Shown here in pieces: positions 44,799 to 53,575 of a stretch of DNA of 64,000 nucleotides; position 1 is the stretch's first letter, and every line of letters starts with the position of its first letter. Made by a program: the position numbers and the translations under genes. Source of the stretch: Bryobacterales bacterium (GTDB lineage: Bacteria > Acidobacteriota > Terriglobia > Bryobacterales > Bryobacteraceae); contig CAVXJY010000007.1 in NCBI GenBank assembly GCA_963761855.1, forward strand, positions 28,470 to 92,469. The letters run 5' to 3'. The notes beneath the pieces were generated by a model that was not told where the DNA came from, made no database searches, and saw only the letters and a list, made by a program, of their open reading frames with translations.

Positions 44799-47700
44799 AT
44801 GGCGACTAAGCGTTCGCTGCGAACGACCCTGCTCTGGCTACTTTTCTTCACGGGTCTTCCGGCCTCGCAACTATCCCGGTACCCTCCAATGTCGAAGCAA
44901 CTGCGTGGCTTGCCGTTGCGCTTTGAACGGAACGTGGGGCAAGCCGGCGCCGCCGCCGAGTTTGTGGCCAGAGGCGGCGGCTACACGGCATTCGTGAATG
45001 CAACCGGCGTCACGCTTCGCTTCGGGGGTGCATTTCAGATGTGCCTGGGGGGTGCGAATCCCGCAGCTAGAGCCGAGTTGCTGGAGCCTCTCGGCGGCTT
45101 CAGCCACTACTTGCGTGGCCCCACCTGGCATACCGACGTGCCCACCTACGCGCGCCTGGTTTACCACCAGGTCTACCCCGGAATAGACATTGTGTACTAC
45201 GGCAATCCCAGCCGCCTCGAATACGATTTCATCGCGGCGCCCGGTGCGGATCCGTCGGCGATACGCATGTCCTTCTCCCCTCGTGAAGCGGTAACCGTTT
45301 CAGCCGATGGAGACTTGATCGTTCACACGTCCAAGGGCGAGCTGCGCCAACTCCGCCCGCGGTTGCATCAGCAATCTTCCGGGGCCGCCGTTGAAGTTAA
45401 AGGGGCCTATGTCCCAACCGGCGCCGCGGAGATCGGTTTCGCAGTTGAAGCATATGACCACAGCAAGCCGCTGATCGTAGATCCCACGTTGATTTACTCT
45501 TCATACCTTGGGGGAAGCGCCGATGACTCCGTCTCGGCGATTGCACTTGATGCGGGCGGCAATATCTATGTGGCAGGGTGGACCGACTCCATTGACTTCC
45601 CGGTCGAGAATGCCGTCCGGTCCACCAATGGCGGTGGGGTAGATGCGTTTGTAGCCAAGTTGAATCCAGCCGGAACCACACTGCTGTACGCCACCTATCT
45701 GGGTGGGCTGTATAGCGACCGGGCGACCGGCATCGCAGTGGATTCGTCCGGATGCGCCGTGATCACCGGTTCGACTCAATCACCTGCCTTCCCCATCTTG
45801 CACGCTTTTCAGGGAACCCTTCACGGAAGCAGTGACGCTTTTGTTACCAAGCTCAATGCCGCTGGCAGCGGACTGGTATTCAGCACTTTTTTGGGCGGAA
45901 GCGCCCAGCAAAGCGGTAACGGCGTGGCGCTGGATACGGCGGGCAGTATTTATGTAACCGGGAACACGAACTCGACGGACTTCCCCACATTTGATGCTTA
46001 CCAGGCCACTAATCACGGCGCCCAGAATGCGTTTTTGGCCAAGCTGAGTCCCACCGGCGGTCTGATATACGCAACCTATTTGGGAGGCAGCCTGACCGAC
46101 TCCGGCAACGGAGTGGCCGTGGACTCTTTCGGTAACGCTTACGTGACCGGCGGAACTACTTCCGTGAACTTCCCCATCGTAGGCGGCGTTCAAACGCGGA
46201 ATGCCGGAGGGCAGGACGCTTTTGTGGCCAAGTTCAATACGAGTGGGTCGAGCCTTGTGTACTCAACCTATCTTGGCGGCAGCGGCGGGACGGTCACTCA
46301 GCCCGAAACGGGTAATGCGATTGCCGTCGACAGTGTAGGTAACGCATACGTAACCGGCGATACATCATCAACCAACTTTCCCCTGGCAGGCCCCTTCCAG
46401 GCTGGACTGGCCGGAAGTTCCGATGCCTTCGTCACGGAGCTAAACTCGTCCGGTTCCGCGATAGTTTACAGCAGCTACCTTGGCGGCTCCAGCGTGGACT
46501 ATGGAAGCGCCATCGCGGTGAGTGCATCTGGGACGGCGTACATTGCGGGCTACACTGCGTCCACAGATTTTCCAACCGTAGCCCCGCTTCAGGCCGCTAA
46601 TGCCGGGGCTTACGACGCGTTCGTAGCGGAGGTGGCGCCGGGTGGAACGAGCCTGCTCTTCAGCACCTATCTGGGTGGCGAAAACTCCGATGCCGCCAAT
46701 GCCATCGCATTGGACACCTTGGGTAACATTTATCTGGCAGGACAGACGTTATCTTATGAATTCCCCACAGTCGCAGCACTGCAAACTTCGAACCCAGGCG
46801 GTTACGGCGGGTTCGTTGCGAAGATACAGGTGGTCGCGTCTCCTCCTCCCAGTGTGGTCATCGATTCACCCACCGCCGGCTCAGCCGTTTCCGGCAGCAT
46901 CACCGTGGTTGGTTGGGCCATCGACAACATAGCCACGGTAGGAACCGCGATCAAAAGCGTGCAGGTATTCGTCGACGGCAACTCGGTGGGAACCGCAACC
47001 TACGGTCTCAGCCGGACGGACGTCTGCACCGCCTATCCGGACCGCCCTGGGTGCCCCGACGTTGGGTACTCGTTTGTGCTGAATACGGATACGCTCAGTT
47101 CGGGTTCACACACCATTACGGTCGCAGCCACCGATAGCGATGCAACTCCGCTCACGGGCTCGGCCTACGTCGCCATCACAGTTGGCGCGTCCAGCGGGCC
47201 TCCCAGCGTGGTGATCGATTCGCCCACTGCCGGCTCGATCGCCTCCGGCACAATCACTGTAGTTGGTTGGGCCATCGAAAACACGGTTGCCGTGGGCACT
47301 GCGATCAAAAGCGTGCAGGTGCTGGTGGACGGCAGCCCGTCGGGAACCGCAACCTATGGTCTCAGCCGGTCGGATGTCTGCACCGCGTATCCCGGTCGTG
47401 CTGGGTGCCCCAATGTTGGGTACTCGTTTGCACTGAATACGGCCACGCTCACTCCCGGTTCGCACGCCATTACGGTCACAGCCACCGATAGCGATGCGAC
47501 CCCGCTCATGGGCTCGGCCAATGTTGCAATTACCATACCGGCCGGCCTTCCCAGCGTGGTGATCGATTCACCTGGCGCCGGCTCGGCCGTTTCCGGCACC
47601 GTCACCGTGGTCGGTTGGGCCATCGACAACACGGTTTCGGTCGGAACCGCGATCAAAACCGTGCAAGTGTTCGTCGACGGTAACTCGGTTGGAATCGCCA

Positions 47701-48587
47701 CCTACGGTCTCAGCCGGTCGGACGTCTGCACCGCTTATCCCGGCCGTGCTGGGTGCCCCAACGTTGGGTATTCGTTTGCGTTGAATACGGGCACGCTCAC
47801 CTCGGGTTCCCACACCATTACGGTCGCGGCCACCGATAGCGATGCAACCCCGCTCACCGGCTCGGCCAATGTCGCCGTCACCATATCCACCGGGCCTCCC
47901 AGCGTGGTGATCGATTCACCCATCACCGGCTCAAGCGTCTCCGGCACTATCACCGTAGTTGGTTGGGCCATTGAAAACACGGTTGCGGTGGGAACCGCGA
48001 TCAAAAGTGTGCAGGTGCTCGTCGATGGTAATTCGGCTGGAGCCGCCACCTATGGTCTCGGCCGGGCGGACGTCTGCACCGCCTATCCCGGCCGTGCTGG
48101 CTGCCCCAATGTTGGATATTCGTTCGCGTTGAATACGGAGACGCTCACTTCGGGTTCGCACACCGTTACGGTCACCGCCACCGATAGCGATGCAACCCCG
48201 CTCACGGGCTCGGCCAATGTTGCCGTTACCGTACCCATTGGGCCTCCCAGCGTAGTGATCGATTCACCCGTCGCCGGCTCGGACGTTTCCGGCACCGTCA
48301 CCATAGTTGGTTGGGCCATCGACAACAAGACTTCGGTGGGAACCGCAATCAAAACCGTGCAATTGCTGGTGGACGGCTATCCGGCTGGAACCGCTACCTA
48401 TGGCATCAGCCGGCCGGATGTCTGCGCCGCGTATCCCGACCGCCCTGGCTGCCCCAATGTCGGGTTCTCGGTTCAGTTGACTACGGGGCTGCTGCCTCCC
48501 GGCTCCCACAGCATCACGATCACAGCCACCGATAGCGACACCACTCCGGACACAGGTTCCGAGACCGTCAGTGTTACCGTGCAATGA
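44799..48587 (+). CDS. secreted SBBP beta-propeller repeat protein with five C-terminal Ig-like tandem modules
   Basis: 1262 aa. Signal peptide, LRFERNVGQ head, about 9 repeats of YSTYLGGS..D.G..IAVDS.GNAYVTG.T.S.DFP (SBBP type), then five modules of about 116-118 aa. Confidence 0.8.
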   Translation: MATKRSLRTTLLWLLFFTGLPASQLSRYPPMSKQLRGLPLRFERNVGQAGAAAEFVARGGGYTAFVNATGVTLRFGGAFQMCLGGANPAARAELLEPLGGFSHYLRGPTWHTDVPTYARLVYHQVYPGIDIVYYGNPSRLEYDFIAAPGADPSAIRMSFSPREAVTVSADGDLIVHTSKGELRQLRPRLHQQSSGAAVEVKGAYVPTGAAEIGFAVEAYDHSKPLIVDPTLIYSSYLGGSADDSVSAIALDAGGNIYVAGWTDSIDFPVENAVRSTNGGGVDAFVAKLNPAGTTLLYATYLGGLYSDRATGIAVDSSGCAVITGSTQSPAFPILHAFQGTLHGSSDAFVTKLNAAGSGLVFSTFLGGSAQQSGNGVALDTAGSIYVTGNTNSTDFPTFDAYQATNHGAQNAFLAKLSPTGGLIYATYLGGSLTDSGNGVAVDSFGNAYVTGGTTSVNFPIVGGVQTRNAGGQDAFVAKFNTSGSSLVYSTYLGGSGGTVTQPETGNAIAVDSVGNAYVTGDTSSTNFPLAGPFQAGLAGSSDAFVTELNSSGSAIVYSSYLGGSSVDYGSAIAVSASGTAYIAGYTASTDFPTVAPLQAANAGAYDAFVAEVAPGGTSLLFSTYLGGENSDAANAIALDTLGNIYLAGQTLSYEFPTVAALQTSNPGGYGGFVAKIQVVASPPPSVVIDSPTAGSAVSGSITVVGWAIDNIATVGTAIKSVQVFVDGNSVGTATYGLSRTDVCTAYPDRPGCPDVGYSFVLNTDTLSSGSHTITVAATDSDATPLTGSAYVAITVGASSGPPSVVIDSPTAGSIASGTITVVGWAIENTVAVGTAIKSVQVLVDGSPSGTATYGLSRSDVCTAYPGRAGCPNVGYSFALNTATLTPGSHAITVTATDSDATPLMGSANVAITIPAGLPSVVIDSPGAGSAVSGTVTVVGWAIDNTVSVGTAIKTVQVFVDGNSVGIATYGLSRSDVCTAYPGRAGCPNVGYSFALNTGTLTSGSHTITVAATDSDATPLTGSANVAVTISTGPPSVVIDSPITGSSVSGTITVVGWAIENTVAVGTAIKSVQVLVDGNSAGAATYGLGRADVCTAYPGRAGCPNVGYSFALNTETLTSGSHTVTVTATDSDATPLTGSANVAVTVPIGPPSVVIDSPVAGSDVSGTVTIVGWAIDNKTSVGTAIKTVQLLVDGYPAGTATYGISRPDVCAAYPDRPGCPNVGFSVQLTTGLLPPGSHSITITATDSDTTPDTGSETVSVTVQ
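46851..48584 (+). repeat. five in-frame tandem DNA repeats (354, 348, 348, 348, ~336 bp) inside the SBBP gene
   Basis: Unit starts (AG(T/C)GT(G/A)GT(C/G)ATCGATTCACC) are at 46851, 47205, 47553, 47901 and 48249. Identity between units is roughly 80-90% by eye, and each unit carries a conserved Cys pair (DVCTAYPGRAGCPNVGY). Confidence 0.9.
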
Positions 48588-48686
48588 CGGAGATCCGGCA
48601 TGCGTACGAAGGTCTCCGACTTGACGGGGTTGCACCATCCGCGCCAGCGCCGTCATGGAAGCGCTTAGGCTGAAAAACCCTCGCAA

Positions 48687-49451
48687 TTATGGATGACCGG
48701 TTACTGCCGGTGCCGCTGGGGCATTTGCAGCCGGGTGCCCCTCGTAAGCACCTGTGACATCCAACAGGTTGCCGCTCATGACCATTTGGCCATGGTCCAG
48801 CCAGATTCCCTTATTGCAAAGCTCTCCCAGCATGCCTGCGGCGTGCGAAACGCAAACAAAAGTCTTCCCGGTTCTTCGGAAGCTGCGGACTCGCTCTATG
48901 CACTTCGCCTGGAACATGCGGTCACCGACGGCCAGCAGTTCGTCGATCAGCAATATCTCCGGATCCATGTTGATCGCCACGGAAAACGCCAGGCGCATAA
49001 CCATGCCTGCGGAATAGGTGCGCAACGGCTCAGCCATGAATTCTCTGATCCCGGCAAACTCTACGATGTCTTCATAGAGTTCGGAGGTCCGCCGGTGGCT
49101 CAAGCCGAGCAATGAAGCATTGACAAATACGTTCTCAGCGCCCGTCAGATCCGGGTGGAAACCGGAGCCCAATTCCAATAGGGGTGCCACCCGCCCACGA
49201 ACCCGAATTGTTCCGCTGTCGGGCTGCGCCAATCCAGCCAGCAAACTCAGCACGGTGCTCTTCCCCGCGCCGTTTGCGCCCACTACGGCCAATCCATCGC
49301 CTTCCTGAAGTTCAAAGGAAATGTCCTTGAGTGCAAAGAAGCGCTCCCTCTTGGTGTGGCTCAAGAGCCGCAGGAGACCGTGCCGCATCAACAGACGTCC
49401 CCCGTGCCGGGGAAACGATTTTGAAACGCCGCGGAATTCGATCGCCGTCAT
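48687..49451 (-). CDS. ABC transporter ATP-binding protein, polysaccharide/teichoic-acid export type (Wzt/TagH-like), no C-terminal carbohydrate-binding domain
   Basis: ATG 49451 gives MTAIEFRGVSKSF. Walker A GANGAGKST, signature YSAGMVMRLAFS, Walker B ILLIDE. Confidence 0.85.
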   Translation of the reverse strand: MTAIEFRGVSKSFPRHGGRLLMRHGLLRLLSHTKRERFFALKDISFELQEGDGLAVVGANGAGKSTVLSLLAGLAQPDSGTIRVRGRVAPLLELGSGFHPDLTGAENVFVNASLLGLSHRRTSELYEDIVEFAGIREFMAEPLRTYSAGMVMRLAFSVAINMDPEILLIDELLAVGDRMFQAKCIERVRSFRRTGKTFVCVSHAAGMLGELCNKGIWLDHGQMVMSGNLLDVTGAYEGHPAANAPAAPAVTGHP

Positions 49452-49458
49452 GCCTCTC

Positions 49459-50259
49459 TCAGAGATAGTCGAAAAATGCCGCTTTTGTCCTTCGGAAGAC
49501 CAGGAAACCAACGCCCAGCGCGGTGAGTGACGAGAGGCTCAACTTGATCAGCAGCGAGGACGGTGGTGCGATTCCATCCAACAGGATATTCCGCATGGCC
49601 AACACTAGCGCCGCCACCGGATTGAGCCGGTATATCTCGTGGTAAGCGGGCGGGATGATCGTAAAGTCATAGAATACCGGCACCAACCAGAGGAGGATCA
49701 CGTTGATCGATTCCACCGCGTACCGAATATCGCGAATGAAGACGTTCAGCGAAGCCGTCACCAGCGACAGCCCATAGACGAACGCGATTTCCATTGCCCA
49801 CACGAACGGCAGCCAACCCCAGTAACGATTCGGTCTGCCACCGAATACAAAGACCAGAATTATCAGCAGACAAATCTGAATCGCAAGATGCACGCAACTC
49901 GAAAGAACCGCCGCCAGCGGAATGATCTCACGCGGCACGGGGACACGCTTGATTAGTCCTACGTTTTCCGTCACTGAAGACGTACCCGTCATCCACGCAA
50001 CTGTGAAAAAGTTATAGGGCACCAAGCCGCAAAGCACAAAAACCGCAAAGTGCGGGATGGTGTGATTGGCGAATATCTTGGTGAAGACAAAGGTCATGAC
50101 GCCCATCATGACCAAAGGATTCAAGAGCGACCAGAAAACCCCGAGGGACATATTCCGGTACCGAATCTTGAAATCCTTCTGGACCAGCCTGGATATCGCA
50201 AAGCGATACTCCCCATTCCAATCGTGTGAAGGCTCGCGCGGCGTTCCAAGAAGGCGCAC
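49459..50259 (-). CDS. ABC-2 type transporter permease (Wzm-like)
   Basis: 266 aa, 6 TM helices, N-terminal [21 protein letters not shown] typical of ABC-2 polysaccharide exporters. It ends 7 nt before the ATPase gene. Confidence 0.85.
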   Translation of the reverse strand: MRLLGTPREPSHDWNGEYRFAISRLVQKDFKIRYRNMSLGVFWSLLNPLVMMGVMTFVFTKIFANHTIPHFAVFVLCGLVPYNFFTVAWMTGTSSVTENVGLIKRVPVPREIIPLAAVLSSCVHLAIQICLLIILVFVFGGRPNRYWGWLPFVWAMEIAFVYGLSLVTASLNVFIRDIRYAVESINVILLWLVPVFYDFTIIPPAYHEIYRLNPVAALVLAMRNILLDGIAPPSSLLIKLSLSSLTALGVGFLVFRRTKAAFFDYL

Positions 50260-50334
50260 AAGACCGAATTATATCATTAGCGCGGCTTCCGCCCTGCTCG
50301 AGGGCTGTCGGAACCATCGCACGGCCGGGACCTG

Positions 50335-50664
50335 TCAGCCGCGGGCGAAAACCACTATGCCGCCGGCAACGATCAGGCCGCCGCCCAACAGCGTCCCGGC
50401 GGTAGGGGCTTGACCGAAAAACAACCAACTGATGGCTTGGGCTACCAGAAAAAAGAACACGACGTAGACGCCCAGCAGCCGGCCGAATTCCCACGGTGGC
50501 GTGTTGACGAAGTAGCTGTAGGCAAACAGGAGGGTTGCGCCGGCCAGGAAGTAAGCAGGGCGCGCGGAAGTTGTAGCATGCAGACCCTTGCGTACCAGGG
50601 CGTCCCCGCCGGCTTCGAGCACGGCGGCAAAAAAAAGCAGGAGGGCGATGAATGGACTCAGCAT
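50335..50664 (-). CDS. ynfA: YnfA/UPF0060 family small membrane protein
   Basis: 109 aa, 4 TM helices. EAGGDALVRKG...WEFGRLLGVYVVFFF matches the YnfA pattern. Confidence 0.7.
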   Translation of the reverse strand: MLSPFIALLLFFAAVLEAGGDALVRKGLHATTSARPAYFLAGATLLFAYSYFVNTPPWEFGRLLGVYVVFFFLVAQAISWLFFGQAPTAGTLLGGGLIVAGGIVVFARG

Positions 50665-50688
50665 GTCGAAAGTCTTTCGAGGGCGGCA

Positions 50689-51966
50689 CTACCGTTGCAG
50701 AAAGTCCTCCCGGTGAATTACGAACTCGGGATAAGCGCCGGCGCCCAGCTCGTGCAGATCGAGGCCCTGGCGTTCGCCTTCTTGCGCCACGCGCTGCGGG
50801 CTGAAGCGGTCAAGCAGCCAGTTCAAACCATAAGCCAGCGGCAGCACGACGCCGAGCAGCGTGGCGACGCCGGCAATTTGCGGAAGCGGCTGCACCGGAG
50901 CGCCGGAACGGGCAAAGAATCCGAGCGCCAGCACCCCCCAGATGCCGCCAACCCCATGCACGGAAATCGAGCCCGTCGGGTCGTCGATTTCGCCGTAAAT
51001 ATCCAGCCACTCGACCGTGAAGACCACCAGTGCGCCGGCCACCAAACCGGTCAGTGCCGCTACCGCGGGAGTGAGAAAGAGGCAGCCGGCGCTTGAAGCC
51101 GCCAGACCGCCGATCCAGCCATTGGCGCACAAAGAGGCGTCGGGCCGGCCGAAACGCGCCCGGGTGATGGCGACCGCGGCCAGACCGGCCATGGCGGCGG
51201 AAAGAGTCGTGTTGAGTTCCACGCGTACCAGCCCACTTGCGGAAGCGCCACCGAAAAGCATGGCGCCGGCGCCATTCAGCCCCAGCCATCCCGTCCAGAC
51301 CAGAAAACACGCAAATAGCACCAGTACCGCGTTGTGCCCAGGGATGGCTGCGGGCATGCCACCCTCCGTCGAATACTTGCCGCGGCGGGGTCCCAGAATC
51401 CACGCGATGGCAAGGGCGGTGAGGCCGCCCACGGCTTGCACCGGCGCGCTGCCCGCGGCGTCCACGAAGCCGATTTGGGCCAGCCAGCCGCCGCCCCAGA
51501 CCCAGTGGGCGAAGAGCGGATAGACCAATCCGGCAAGCAAGGCCGTGGAAGCCGCCGCGGCGCCCAAACGCCACCGGTCCAGGCCGGCGCCAAGAGGAAT
51601 TACCACAGCCAGCGCCACACTTAACAGTTGTAGCCAGAGGACCAGGCAAGCGGGCGAAGCGTCTAATGCCAGCCCGCGCAGGAACAGCGGCTGGGCGGCC
51701 ATCCAATTCCATTGTTTACCGCCGGCGGCGATCGTGTGTGCGGGTCCGCCGGCGAAGCCCTGAATAGCAAAGCCGCAGACGAAATAGGCGCCGGCCGCAA
51801 CCGACACAGCGCATAAAGCCATAAGCATGGCGTGCGAGGCGCTGCGCGAGCGGCCGAGTCCGGTGTTGATGAGAGCGATGCCGGCAATCGCCAGAGGAAC
51901 CATCAGCAGGCAGGCCAGCACCAGCACCGTGGCTGCCTCCGAAGGGACCGGTGTCGGCGGATTCAT
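50689..51966 (-). CDS. ammonium transporter family protein (divergent pore residues)
   Basis: ATG 51966 (ORF extends to 52107). WGGGWLAQIGFVDAAGSAPVQAVGG, GWLGLNGAG, IDDPTGSISVHGVGGIWG and the C-terminal EGERQGLDLHELGAGAYPEF align by eye with E. coli AmtB. Confidence 0.85.
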   Translation of the reverse strand: MNPPTPVPSEAATVLVLACLLMVPLAIAGIALINTGLGRSRSASHAMLMALCAVSVAAGAYFVCGFAIQGFAGGPAHTIAAGGKQWNWMAAQPLFLRGLALDASPACLVLWLQLLSVALAVVIPLGAGLDRWRLGAAAASTALLAGLVYPLFAHWVWGGGWLAQIGFVDAAGSAPVQAVGGLTALAIAWILGPRRGKYSTEGGMPAAIPGHNAVLVLFACFLVWTGWLGLNGAGAMLFGGASASGLVRVELNTTLSAAMAGLAAVAITRARFGRPDASLCANGWIGGLAASSAGCLFLTPAVAALTGLVAGALVVFTVEWLDIYGEIDDPTGSISVHGVGGIWGVLALGFFARSGAPVQPLPQIAGVATLLGVVLPLAYGLNWLLDRFSPQRVAQEGERQGLDLHELGAGAYPEFVIHREDFLQR

Positions 51967-52151
51967 CGCTTGGCCTCCCGGGCGGAAACGTGAGAACGGG
52001 CCACCAGGCCGAGGCCTAGAATTTCGATCGCAACGCCCGCGGCAACGAAAGCAGCCCGGGGCGTCGCGGCGCCCAGCATTACGAATGCGGCCAACACGAT
52101 GGCCCATCCTGACATGAGCAATAGCAAACCAGCAAGTCGCATAGAACGCAA
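51963..52151 (-). CDS. hypothetical small membrane protein (2 TM), translationally coupled to amt
   Basis: 62 aa. MRSMRLAGLLLLMSGWAIVLAAFVMLG...AAGVAIEILGLGLVA. ATGA overlap with the amt start. No family recognised. Confidence 0.4.
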   Translation of the reverse strand: MRSMRLAGLLLLMSGWAIVLAAFVMLGAATPRAAFVAAGVAIEILGLGLVARSHVSAREAKR

Positions 52152-52356
52152 CTGGTTACAGCATAACTGATTAGCCCAGGTGGTTCGTGTATGAAGCGCC
52201 TGTAATTTTTGGAATCCCGGCCATAGAAATTATCTATTCGCTTCTGGCATCAAAAAGTCGTAAAACTGATTAACAATACAGGCCGGCCCTGTGCTCGCCG
52301 GCTTCTACACTCCAGCTCAGCTCGCTGGTCCACAATAAAAGATACGAAAGGATCGG

Positions 52357-53544
52357 ATGCGATACAACGGAGCAACTATCTTTGTCGCCACATGCCTGCT
52401 GGCTGGCACGGCTGTCGCCCAGACCGGCACGCCGGCAGCCGCCCAGACACCGGCGGCGACGTCTGACGCTCAGACAACACCGGCACCGGCGGCGGCTGCT
52501 GCGCCTGCTGCGGCCCCGGCCGCGCCCGCCGCACCCAATCCATATCACCAGTTAGGCATGGATTTCTCTTTTCTCCTGGACGGTTACGCGGACGGCAACT
52601 TCAATGACCCGGCTTCGGGCTGGAACGCGTTGCGCAATTTCGACATGCGCGCCGATACAGCGCACTTCAATATGGGGAAGATCACGATCGACCGCGCCGG
52701 AGCCGTGGGCTTTCACGTGGATGCGGGGTTTGGAGAGATCTTCGACGTCATCCACGCCACCGACCAGGCGCCAAAAGGGCTGAAGTATATTGAACAGGCG
52801 TATGTGGACTTCAAGCCGAAGTCGTGGAAGGGCGTTGAAGTCGACGTGGGCGAATTCGTCACGTCTGCCGGCGCCGAGGTAATCGACGTTAACGGGAACT
52901 GGAATTATTCGCGCTCGCTGCTGTTTGCCTGGGCGATTCCGTATTACCACTTCGGCCTCCGCACCTCGTTTCCTATAGGCCCGCATTTCACCGGCGGCGT
53001 TCAACTGGTCAACGGCTGGAACAACGTCTACGCCAGCGACCAGGGTAAGTTGATCGGCCTCAACGGCGCCTACGCCTGGAAAAAGGTCACCTGGACCAAT
53101 GTGTGGTACGGCGGCCCCGAGCGCGATCAGGACAGCCCGGGATGGCGCAACCTGTTCGATTCGGTGGCGCAGGTCAATCCGAACGACAATCTCAGCCTCT
53201 ACGTCAATGTCGATTACGGCAGGAACAAGAACGTGGGGCCGGGTACTGCGCAGTGGGATGGCATCGCGGGAGCCGTGCGGCGCGCTGTCGGCAAGAAGGC
53301 CGCCGTCGCCGGACGCCTCGAGATATTCGACGACGTGAACGGCTTTTCGACCGGCACCGCGCAGACGGTGAAGGAATTCACGCTCACCGGCGAATATAAG
53401 CTGACCGATTGGCTGACCAGCCGTCTGGAGTTCCGTAACGACTGGTCGAGCGTACCGTTTTTTGAAAATAGCCAGGGCAATTTGAATAAAAATCAGCCTA
53501 CCGTCCTGCTGGGCATGTTCGCCTATTTTGGGCCCAAGAAGTAA
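52357..53544 (+). CDS. outer-membrane beta-barrel porin (OmpL/BBP2-like)
   Basis: 395 aa. Signal peptide, an Ala/Pro-rich linker, then alternating beta-strand pattern ending in ...LGMFAYFGPKK. Confidence 0.65.
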   Translation: MRYNGATIFVATCLLAGTAVAQTGTPAAAQTPAATSDAQTTPAPAAAAAPAAAPAAPAAPNPYHQLGMDFSFLLDGYADGNFNDPASGWNALRNFDMRADTAHFNMGKITIDRAGAVGFHVDAGFGEIFDVIHATDQAPKGLKYIEQAYVDFKPKSWKGVEVDVGEFVTSAGAEVIDVNGNWNYSRSLLFAWAIPYYHFGLRTSFPIGPHFTGGVQLVNGWNNVYASDQGKLIGLNGAYAWKKVTWTNVWYGGPERDQDSPGWRNLFDSVAQVNPNDNLSLYVNVDYGRNKNVGPGTAQWDGIAGAVRRAVGKKAAVAGRLEIFDDVNGFSTGTAQTVKEFTLTGEYKLTDWLTSRLEFRNDWSSVPFFENSQGNLNKNQPTVLLGMFAYFGPKK

Positions 53545-53575
53545 CAGCGCCAGACACCTGAGAGGAGCAAACCTA

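Noticed and set aside
46851-48584. Possible CRISPR or non-coding repeat array
   Set aside because: The period is 348-354 bp and in frame, with no spacer/repeat alternation. It is clearly a coding tandem-domain repeat.
50012-51712. 225-aa ORF across ynfA/wzm and 300-aa alternative-frame ORF inside amt
   Set aside because: Both are Arg/Pro/Gly-rich alternative-frame translations. They overlap genes that have clear membrane-protein signatures.
52240-52262. Possible sigma-54 promoter (TGGCAT-N5-AGTC) in the amt/porin spacer
   Set aside because: The -12 element does not match the TTGC(A/T) consensus at the required spacing. No better match was found on either strand.
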